A DNA stretch of 63,768 nucleotides, filler included, from Collodictyon triciliatum (Eukaryota), in NCBI GenBank assembly GCA_043381765.1. It is 5 parts of 5 records of this genome, joined end to end, with 100 filler letters (N's around TTAATTAATTAA, not from the genome) between each part and the next. Parts side by side here need not be neighbours in the genome. Positions count along the whole stretch, not along the records: positions 13,346 to 26,587 come from JBHJMP010002019.1; positions 26,688 to 39,900 come from JBHJMP010002022.1; 3 more parts are not named here. One strand, written 5' to 3'. Both the position numbers and the translations under genes were made by a program. Below the pieces are notes generated by a model that saw only the letters and a program-made list of their open reading frames with translations, ran no database searches and was not told the origin of the DNA. This document shows, one piece after another, positions 23,563 to 34,600 of the stretch; position 1 is the first letter of the stretch, and each line of letters begins with the position of its first letter.

Positions 23563-24209
23563 TTCATGTATTACGGGTCTGAATGACGTATTCTTTATGG
23601 GTAAGTTTTCTCATGCATTCAAATATTTGAATCATTTAGAGAATGAAAAATAACCCGTTACTCTCATAGGGAGAAGAAATAGGCGTTTTGACCACACTAG
23701 GAGTTACACAAGCCATAAGCTTTTTCTTCAATTATGGTGGCCTCCACTTCCACCAAGCTTTCAAAGTATGTTTGGGTATTGTGATTACCCTTTTGGTTGT
23801 TATTATAAACACCACTTCAAGGCATTCGCATCCGATGAGCAATCCAGAGTGGTACAAAGTAGGACCAGGAATCATGATTACATATCTCGTCATATATTTC
23901 GTCCTCAACGTAATCTCCAAATACTCGAAGGTACTCCCCCCTTATTCCCTTTATTCGATTCAAAAAAAAAATACTCCAAGTTACTTGATAGCATCATGCA
24001 TATACCATCGGCCACTTTGTCGACAAAACTAATTTTGGCGTGCATATCCTTTTTACGTATGATTATGACTCATCTCAGCTGTGTGTTGCAGGACCGATAC
24101 AACAGACGAACGTTTTTGTTGAGGACCTCCATCTCGAGAGAAATGAGACACTCCAACGATCTATTGAACTCAATGGCACCTCGAGGAGTTCTCCATCAAC
24201 TAAAGGTTA

Positions 24210-24305
<96 letters not shown>

Positions 24306-26217
24306 GTATTTATCTATTATGTCACTCTTTGGCCTTTTCTCTACATTCACTCGGCGAACAATCTACGATTAAAGAGTCTGTGTTACTTAACCGTCAATTT
24401 GTATCGGAATTATTAGACTGGGTCTAAAGTGGTTGCTCAGGTGTACGACAATGTCGCTATTTTATTTTCTGACATAGTTGGATTCACAGACAAATCATCC
24501 AAAAGCGAACCTCAGATGGTTTGTAGTTGATTCTTGATGGGAAATGAGCAAGAAAAAAACGTGGATACATTTTTCAACAAACGAGGTTTAACTCTTCGAC
24601 ATGAACATAAGATTGTTGAGCTTCTATCGACCCTTTTCAGTCATTTTGATGTTCTCACGTCCATCCATGAAGTATACAAAGTGCAAACGTATGTATTCAC
24701 GCATATGTGCTCTAATGGCCATCTAGTTAATCTTGAAGTTAAATCAATTCATATCTTTGACCTTTTTTTCTTTCAAAATGAAGAAGTAATATAAGATGAT
24801 AAACGATTGTCATGTGCATTGTAGAATTGGAGACGCTTATGTGGCAGTCGCAGGCATTCCTATTAATGAGACAGATGAAGTCGACACAGCGTCATCCTGC
24901 AAAAACATGATGGATTTTGGCATAGGAATGATTCGCGCTGTATTAGTTCCATACAAACATCAAATATTTGATAAGTGAAGTCTATGTTATCGATCACTTA
25001 TTTATTGGCTGTAATTGCCGCTTCTCCTCTTGATTTTTCTAACTCTTTCCTTTTTTTTCTTTTTCATTCATTTTTCTCTCCACTCTCCTCTCAGATATCT
25101 CAAATGCATACACCAGATAGCCAACCGGTCAAGATTCGTATTGGATTGCACTATGGGAAAATAGTTGGAGGTTCTGAATATTTGTTTCATTTCTAATATC
25201 TCTTTTCTTTTTCCTCTTTTTTTCTTTTCTTTCTTTCTTTTCTTTCTTTCTTTTTTTCTTTTTTTCTTTTTTTCTTTTTTTCTTTTTTCTTTTTTTCTTT
25301 TCTTTCTTTCTTTTTTTCTTTTCTTTCTTCTTTTCCTCCTTTTTTCATTTCTTTCTTTTCCTCCTTTTTTCTTTTCTTCTTTTTCTTCTTTTTCTTCTTT
25401 TCCTCCTTTTTTTCTTCTTTTTCTTCTTTTTCTCCTTTTTCATTTCTTTTTCTTCTTTTTCTCCTTTTTCATTTCTTTTTCTTCTTTTATTTATCCTTTC
25501 TTTCCTTATCTGTTATTTTTCACATACAGGATTCCACCAATCCCATATCGAGAAAGAATAATTATTTGGTTTCTATCGCTATATAACGGACATATCCTTG
25601 TGTTAGGACGAGATATACACCATCTTATGAGGGTCTAATCTTATGCATACAATAGGTGTCATAGGCCGAAAAACTCTTCGGTTCGATATTTGGGGCAGGG
25701 ACGTTATAATGGCCGCCACCATGGAGTCGAGTGGAACCCCAGGTTTTTTTCTATTTCCCTCATTATTGATGTTATCATCGTTAAATATTTATTTTCAAAA
25801 ACAAAACAAAAAAGTGGAGCTATCAAAATACCGAAATAAACGAAAAAAGCGGTTCACATGTGCCGGAAAAAAAACTTTATGTATATTTATGAAATTTACT
25901 GTATTTGCCTATTATCAATGAGCTCTTAATTCAGAAGAAGCTCCCTCTCTTTCTATTCTTTCATTCCTTTTTTCACAAAATGCCCGCAACCTTTCTGAGC
26001 CAAATACATATATATATATATATGAACTCGGCAATCGTGTGTTGGTGTACGCTCTTTGGTTTACCTACATTTCACAATTTCAACAGGCAAGCTGCATATG
26101 AGCGAAGCCTTCATGGAACAAATTGAAAAAGACTTTCAGATCGAGTCATGTCGTTATACAAGACTATCGAACGAAAGAGTTCTCAAGACATTTACCTACG
26201 ACCCCAACTCCACATAA
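13571..26217 (+). CDS. Bifunctional P4-ATPase (flippase)-guanylyl cyclase fusion, ~47 introns; N-terminus lost at the contig start
   Basis: P4-ATPase motifs: [28 protein letters not shown] (DKTGT from 14541), [46 protein letters not shown] exons continue in frame through 19051-19113, 19199-19318, 19451-19475, 19799-19933 and 20116 onward. They lead into TM cluster 1, cyclase C1 ([21 protein letters not shown]), TM cluster 2 and C2 ([19 protein letters not shown]). TAA at 26215-26217. Confidence 0.9.
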
Positions 26218-26511
26218 TTTTTTTCTCTTCATACTTTTTTATTATTATTATTATTACTATCATTTTCTGTGTGTGCGGCCCACCCCAACGTCCCACTCCA
26301 TCTACATCCACCGCAAACGCTCGCTCCTCTTCTCTTTGCGCATATGGCGGTGTTCCGCGCAGGAAACACTCAAGGTTCATATACGTGCCCGATGAAAATA
26401 AACGGTGTCATGCGAATCTCCCCGAAAAGAATGGCACGTCTCAACCTTCACCTATGACACTTTAGCGTTGTTGCTATTCTTGCCTCGGCATCCGCTCCTG
26501 CCTGAGTATCT

Positions 26512-26542
<31 letters not shown>

Positions 26543-26587
26543 TCTACAAAAAGGTCGGCTAGGGGGGGCGGCCCTCTTGCCCCCGCC

Positions 26588-26687
26588 NNNNNNNNNNNNN
26601 NNNNNNNNNNNNNNNNNNNNNNNNNNNNNNNTTAATTAATTAANNNNNNNNNNNNNNNNNNNNNNNNNNNNNNNNNNNNNNNNNNNN
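26588..26687. other. Artificial contig spacer
   Basis: 44 N + TTAATTAATTAA + 44 N. Confidence 0.97.
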
Positions 26688-26939
26688 CGCTCCAATGATT
26701 CACCCGAACGAGAAATCAATGTATCCAGGCTGGAAAGCCTCGCACAATACAACTTCCTGAACAGCCTGCTGAAACATGCTCGCATTCTTCGCTACTCTGA
26801 CCGCAAGCGAAGAGAGATGTGGGAATGTGTCGTAAGATATCTCCCACAGTATATCCAACCCTGGTGCCCACGCAACCAATCAACCAGTTGGGACGCCCTC
26901 CTGACCAGCTCGCTATCACTGATTTCTTTCCAGTGCTAG
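26688..26939 (+). other. Open 3' end of an unidentified ORF at the contig start (possibly a repeat/retroelement tail)
   Basis: 84 codons open from the first base of the contig to a TAG, followed by A-rich sequence. No recognisable motif. Confidence 0.2.
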
Positions 26940-27544
26940 CCTCTCCACGGTAGTGTCTTCTCCTACTCGCGTTTGCTCTCAACAACACACACCTGTCTCC
27001 CTTGTACAGTTCTGTTTCCTTACAAAGTCAAAAAAAAAAAAAAAGAATCATATAACTTCCGACTCTAACAGAAAAAAAAAAGAGAGAATAATCGATAGAA
27101 ATAGAATGAAAAATGGAAAGAAAAAAGGAAACAGAAATAAGGAAAGGAAGAGGTAAGAAAGAAAAGAAAATGATACAATAAAAAGAAAAAGAAAAAGGTA
27201 AGTCAAAGCCGCTATTATTTTGCACAAACTGAACGGAATAATATAATGGAAATAATGGGAAAAAGGAAGTAAACGAAAAGAGTGGGAGAAGGAAGGGGGA
27301 ATATACCACGATCAACCTGAAAATAAATGGACGAGAATGATAGGTCATGTCGCCATCTTGTAAACTTCCATCCCAATGCTTGAATTGAATTAAAAGAGAA
27401 GAAGCCCCCACCCCCTTAAACCTTTTTTTTTTTTTCATACCAATTACTCAATTCTATATTGATTCTGTCCTATCTCAATTCTCCAAGAAGCCGTCGTTAA
27501 CGTCGGTGCTTGACCCAAAGTGATCGTTTTGCCTCGACAGAAAT

Positions 27545-30258
27545 ATGGTAGCTTGAAGCCTTTTCAGCCTTATATGTGATTCTACTTACTTATGTAACCA
27601 TAGCCGTGCATCTCTTCATTGCCCACTTTTATGGTTTGAACTTATTTTTGTTTGATTTTTGTGCCTTTTAATAGCTACCCGAGCGAACTTAATATTGTTT
27701 TATTTTGGCGCGCCGTTCTCTTCTTTTCCTTCTCACAGGTCAGCCTTGCTGGTGATGAACTACACGGTCTCATGAACCGGAGACACAACATCCGCAATGT
27801 AGCTTTGATAGAGTCTGCAAACAACACAATATCATTATTAATTGAATCACTCGCGATTAACCGTGGAGCTACTCGATTCGAAAAAGCCAAGGATGCCCAA
27901 CTCGTAGATTATCCAGAGGGCAGAGAAAAGCGAATCGTCGTCCCTCAATCCCCAAACAACTTATTATACTTCTTGTTGCCCGAAAATGTGCCACTGCCTG
28001 AAGAAGCTTATGGGCGTGAGTTTTTGATTAATGTCATCGATTCTCCTGAACACATGGGTATTGTATCGAGGGTGGCAGCGAGTCTACGCATTACAGACGG
28101 GCTTCTGGTAGTGGTTGAATGGGATGAAGGACTTACCGTACAAGCCGAGACTATTCTGCGACAGGCTCTGAGTGAGCGTATTGTCCCTACATTAGTTATC
28201 AACAAGTTAGACCGAGCCTTTCTGGACCAGAAGCTGGACCATGAGGACATATACCAAAAAATATGTTGCATCATCGAATCAGTGAACGCAATCATTTCTA
28301 CCTATCGTGATGAGGCAATGGTTGACCTACAAGTCTACGCATAGAAGGGGAACGTTGTCTTCTCATGTATGCAAGACGGCTGGGCATTTACACTTAATCA
28401 TTTTGCACGGACGTATGCGTGCAAGTTTGGCATGGATGAAGGGGTGATGTGCATGCATCTATGGGGTGACTCTTTCTATAATCCAAATGCCAAAAGTTGG
28501 GCAAGAGCTGGAGACAAGATGTTTAAGCGCGCATTCTCTCAATTAGTACTGGACCCTATTCAAAAAATTGTTGATGCCATAATGAACGAGCAATCGGAAA
28601 CTCTGGGAAATATGCTCTCCACTCTTGGCATTAAACTTCTTGCACAAGACCATGACCTACAAGGTAGGCAGTTAATTAGGTGCGTGATGAAAAGGTGGAT
28701 GCCAGCTGCAGACACCTTGCTTGAAATGGTGATTCTAAATCTACCATCGCCCGCCAAGGCACAGCGCTATCGTGTCGATGTTCTATACAGTGGTCCTATG
28801 GACGACCCTGCAGCCACAGCCATCCGCAACTGTGACCCAGATGGCCCTCTTGTCATGTACATCTCTAGAATGGTCCCCCGATTCAATAGCCCCCATTTTT
28901 TGGCGTTCGGTCGTGTATATTCTGGCACAATCCGATCGGGAGCCAGGATTCGTATTTATGGACGAAAGTATCACCCGGGGAAAAAGGAGGATCTATTTAT
29001 CAAGCCCATTCAGGACCCTGTATTATTCATGGGTGATTGTGTTGAAAGTGTCGATTTTGTTTCTTGTGGGAACATCGTTGGTCTGATGGGGATCGACCAG
29101 TATCTTGCAAAGTTCGGTACTTTAACTGACCTTGAATCTGCCCATCCAATCAAGAGTATGAAGTACTCTGCTTCGTCAGTTGTTAACATTCCCATCGACG
29201 TTCAGGACCCTGCTCAGTTGCCCAGACTTGTTGAAGGGCTCAGGCGATTGTGGAAGTCCGATCCTCTTATCCAGTGCGACACCAATGCTGCTGGTCAGTA
29301 TGTCTTGGCTGCTGAGAGCAAGCAGCATCTAGACTTGTGTCTAAAGGACTTTGAGGAAAACATCATGGCTGGTGTGCAGTTAGTTAAGTCTGCCCCTTTT
29401 GTGTCTTTTCGAGAGACGGTTACCTCAAATTCTTCAGTGGACTTGATGAGCAAGTCACCAAACAAGTGTAACCGTATATATTGCAGGGCTGAACCATTAC
29501 CTGATGGCCTCTCCGAAGATATTGAAGCTGGAAAAGTCAATGCCAGTGACAACCCCCAAATTCGTGCAAGGTACCTCGCAGAAAACTTTGGGATGGATAT
29601 CAGCAAAACCCAAAGAATTTGGTGTTTCGGTCCTAGAGGAACAGGCCCCAACATCCTTATTGATGCCACAAAACATGTGCAAAACTTGCTGGAAATTAAC
29701 GAATCAATCATCTCAGGTGTACAATTAGCGACGAAGGAGGGTGTGTTGTGTGAAGAAGAAATGCGTGGAGTCTGCTTCAACGTATTAGATGTTGTCCTTC
29801 ATCAAGATATATATAAGCGTGGAGTTGGCCAGATAATACCAAGCGCTCGTCGTGCATCGCTTGGCGCAGTGCTGATGGCCAACCCTCGTCTGATGGAACC
29901 CATCTACCTCGTCGAAATCCGATGTCTTGTGTCGGTTGTTGATCAAGTCTACTCTGTTCTCAGTCGCAATCGTGGTCAAATCATCGAAAAGAACCAGTGC
30001 GGAAGTGTATCCAAGTGCAATATCAAGGCATACCTCCCTGTGACAGAGTCCTTCGATTTTACCTCCGAACTTCACGACCAGACATCTGGCCAAGCATCTT
30101 CCCAGTTCACATTCGACCACTGGTCTATTATTCACGAATCTCCTCTCGAGCCAGGGAAGGCTGCTGATCTGGTCGCTGCCATTCGCAAAAGCAAAGGTCT
30201 TGAAGAAAGCATCTGTGACATATCTGTTTTCATGGATAGTTTTCACCCGAAAGTTTAG
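27545..30258 (+). CDS. EEF2: Divergent elongation factor 2 (eEF2) paralogue: degenerate GTPase motifs, no diphthamide His, one in-frame TAG at 28342-28344 (possible young pseudogene)
   Basis: ATG at 27545, then a GT-AG intron (27548-27738), then 'VSLAGDELHGLMNRRHNIRN'. Colinear with eEF2 throughout (FLINVIDSP, LRITDG, NKLDR, GWAFTL, SKSPNK, IWCFGP, PRLMEPIYLVEI, KAYLPVTESF, FDHW). The two ORF-track pieces are in the same frame. Confidence 0.9.
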
Positions 30259-30650
30259 GTCATGCAACATAAAAAGCATAACCTAGCTTCTACTATTACA
30301 TCCGTTGTTGTTGTTTTTTCTCCTATGATGACAAAGTACATCATTTCTCTCTTTCCACCTTTGCATGGTTTATTGGGCAATGCCCAGAAGAAAAGCGAAC
30401 AAACCTACTTTAATCTTATGATTGCTCTATTTCCTCACCCACCCTGGACAGCCGTTTACATGCCCGGATTCGGAAATCTCCTCGCGCGCTTTGTACCCTT
30501 TTTCCACAAATAGATCAACTAACCCGAGCCTACACGTTTTTTTTTTTCTTACGGTTTCGCCCTTTGTCCCTGTGGAGCCGATTTCTCTCCATGAAAGTTG
30601 AGAAAGGATAAGGAAATCCGGGGCACAAAGAAGGCCGAGCGAATCAAAGC

Positions 30651-30954
30651 ATGAAGACGCAACGAAGAGTGTATACTTTGCTTTGGACCATACGACTGAA
30701 GAAATCAACAGGTGGGAAAGATCGGGGCAAAAAGAGAACTGAAAGACAATGAAAAGACATGTTCGCATACTCGCACACAAACGCACATGATCTTTGCTTC
30801 GTCATTGTCTGTACAGAATAACAAATACTAGTGGGGAGATGGTGATGTGCTCGTAACATCGGGTTGGTCGGTGCCTAAATGGTTTGGAGTTGTCTGTGGT
30901 TTTTGTGACGAGTGCCGTTGTTGTTGCTGCTTTTTGCTTAGTTTTTTTTTTGTT

Positions 30955-31009
<55 letters not shown>

Positions 31010-31443
31010 TTTTTTTTTTTTTTTTTTGTTTTTTTTTGTTTTNNNNNNNNNNGTTTTGTTTTTTGTTTTGTTTTTTTGTTTTTGTTTTTTTGTTTTTGTT
31101 TTTTTGTTTTTGTTTTGTTTTGTTTTACTTTGTTTTCTTGACCTTTACCTGTGCTTGCTCTGTTTTTTTATATATTCTTTAGCACAACATAGACACACTC
31201 CAGTTTATATTAAATTGGAATGACCCACCTCCTCACTAAGTTTACTGTTTCTGTATGCAAACAAAATGGTGTGCAGGCAAGCGAGGAAATTAATTAAAGG
31301 TCGCATGCTCTATTGGAGTGACACTTCTTATCCTTTTCCTTTTCCTTTTTCTGGGAGAAAATATGCAGTTACTTCATTATAATATTCTCATTTATGCATG
31401 TTCGAATGGAATGATGAAAATGGTTCTGCAATATCCGCTCCAA

Positions 31444-31476
<33 letters not shown>

Positions 31477-31581
31477 TTGTGCTATGAACGATTATTTTAC
31501 AATTAGAACGCAAATATTCGATGCCATTTATTTAAAGGAATGGTGGTTTTTTTATTTTGCAGTAACGTATAACATACTAAA

Positions 31582-31640
<59 letters not shown>

Positions 31641-34600
31641 CACAAGGTTCTCTCAGGGGCGAAGTAAAGGATATATTTATCCCTATAATCTCAAAGATAA
31701 ACATATGGGTAACAAGGGATCAAAGAGTCCCACGCTTGGAAAGGAAGATCTTGGCGTTGGTAAGAAATAATCCCAACCTAGATACCTATTATTATCACGT
31801 ATTCAATGCTGGCTTGCAACATTCATCGTATAAAAAACATCACTTGATTGATATTCGCCACTTTCCCCCCGCCAACCCTGTGGTCAGATGTGGCTCAGAC
31901 GATCGTGACAATTACTCCCATAACGCACGAAGTAAAGAAAGTCACATATGAGAACTTTCTGCAAGAGTTTGCCAATTATATCGCTCAGGTTGAGTTCTAA
32001 TCCAAAATTCTGAGGTTGTGGGCCTTATCCTAACACCTTTTCTGGCTTAATCTATGCAGAATAAAGTCCAAGATGAACGTGGTGTATCATATGACGATGT
32101 CATTCCTTTTCTATCAGGAGGGCTTCAAAAGGTAGGAAAATCAAGATATTTTAGGCCTGATTGCTTTAGCCTTACACCTACGATCTAATAGAATAGTACT
32201 TGATTCATTTTAAGCCTTCATTCTATGCTTCATTCAATTTACCCGTAAATTATGTACAACTCCCTCAACAAAGGACGTGTATACCTCTCCTCTATTTAAA
32301 TTACTATACTATAGTCTCGTTCTGATGATAACAAGTATGAGCTGTATCTTGCAAATAAAAAAATTGGAGACTTGTCATGTAAGAATAATTTGATGGGTGT
32401 GTGAAAGGATGATGTCAAAGCTGAAGTTGTTGTATATATAATTTACCCTTTAATCGTCTTAAAAAATATCTCATTTACCTGCTATTTTTTTTCAAATGTA
32501 AAAAACAATTAAAGTTTACTCAAATTTTCAATTCTATTATATAATTAATGCATTTAGCCTGATTAAGTGCAAATTACAGTTTCCAGGGTAACCGATTGCT
32601 TTACTCTGGTCTTGAAATCGATGGGCCATATTCGGGCGAGTCAAGATTTCTTTCACCGAACTGTGGTTTCATATCCCATACACACAATTGTATTGAAGGA
32701 TTGCAAGCTTACGACAAAATCAGTCTCGTATGGTCACTTGAAAACGATTTAAAGCTATTTGGACTTATACTTATGAAATTACGTAGCATACCCCTATTCA
32801 TACCAAGCTTTTATTTCAATTCCTCTAATTACCCTCCACTTTTCAGCAAGATTTTCTACCTCCTTTACAACGAGGATATCATGCCACTCTCTGATCTAGA
32901 TCTATCCTCCAATTTGTTTGATGACGAAGTAAATATATTATTTTCAAAATTATTGTTTTATGCATTAATTTTTTTTAAAAAAAAAACGATAATTCCCTCA
33001 ATATATGAATATAATAATTTCAGGTATTTTTTGGAATTAATTTTATAAATTATCTATTTATTTTCTCTTCTCCCTTTCTGTCTGCGTAATAATATGTTTT
33101 ATCTTCAAATACAGGCAGGACCTCCATTACTGGAAGCCCTTAAGACAAACAAAACTCTAAAGTTTTTAGATTTGAGCAGCAACAGATTTGCAGCCCTCAC
33201 TCATGCGTCATTGGCAAAAATTCTTATTGTAAACCAAACGTTACGAAAGTATTAGATTATTAGACTCATCTTTTAACGATGTAATTCAGATAGTTTATAG
33301 TGTATCTCGAGACAAAATGCTTGAATCATGAATCATTTTATTTTTGTTAAAAAAAAGAAGGATGTGTAGTTTTTCTTAAATTTTGAATTTTTTTTCTACC
33401 AGTATCAACCTTTCAAGTAACCTAGGAAATGAGAAAAATATGGATTTGGTTGTTGACGGCTTAAAATATAATACGTCTATGCGCATGCTCAAGCTCGATT
33501 TTCATATATGTTCAACCCCGGTATTATTGAACAAAATGAAGCATTACACCCAAAGAAACGAGGTTGGTGTATATGTTTTGTTGGAATATGATTATATGTT
33601 CCAATTATGACATCTGAAATTTCATTTGTTGATAAACTAAGATGATGTATTGTATACCATATCTTAACCACCATTATATTTAGACAATATCGGATATTGT
33701 CGCTAAATTGGTAGAATATTCGATCCATAGAGCATTTGCTTCAAAAATAAGGCCTACAAACCAGAGCGGACCCGATCATAATCATCATTTTTCTTGTATG
33801 AACTACCTGTGTGCTGTAAAATTTTAAAAGAATGAGGGAAAATAGATGTCCTTATTAGGAATACCTTTCTTCGATGTGTGACATAAATCCTTCTTAATTC
33901 TGCTTCACAATCCACGAAACGTCGTAGCCAAACTAGCGAGAGATCACCGCAACCATATTCCAAGGTATCCCACTGCAACAACAAGCGCTCATCCAGCCTC
34001 TGGCAGTAGCAATAGCCCTGATTATAGTAAGACCATTTACAAGCCACTCAGTCCAAGCACTGAATCGCATTCACTACCATCATATTTTCATACATGTGTT
34101 ATGCAAGAATATCTATTATGGCCTTTCATACGGATAAGCGCGCCTTTATCTAGGCGCATCATTGAGCGATACTGTCTCAGTCTACTCGTCGGCTTACAGT
34201 CCAAGGTCAACGAAAGGGGACCCATCTAGCCAGCAATCTGTGCTGTCTCGAAGGACGAAACAATACGGCCCATCAAATTCTACATCAACCCCATCCCATT
34301 CAGAAGTCTCTGCATCACACACCATACAAACAGCACCATACCAAGACACCAGTCATAATATACAAACCACTCGTTCATCCCAACCAAAAGAACAAGATGA
34401 TCAAAGTATTCAATCCCCGGTGACTCCAAAGAAGCTATATTCTACTGCAAAACCAAAGAAAGATGGAGAATCGGTATATACTCGGGAAGGGGTGAACCAT
34501 ACTCCATCGCAACTTCCTGCACCGAAGAAGACTCCATCCCCATCTGCCTCCCCAGCAACACCAGCACTTCCATCGCTACCTTCTGGAAGACCGAATTCCC

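Noticed and set aside
26517-26587. G-run and GC hairpin (GGGGGC...GCCCCC) at the contig end as an element terminus
   Set aside because: It is single-copy in this window and cut by the spacer, so it cannot be interpreted.
28342-28344. Genome-wide TAG/TAA reassignment
   Set aside because: Long ORFs (821 aa, 629 aa) and the exons I spliced contain no in-frame stops, and TAG, TAA and TGA all end genes here. Stops in 56622-58890 come with frameshifts.
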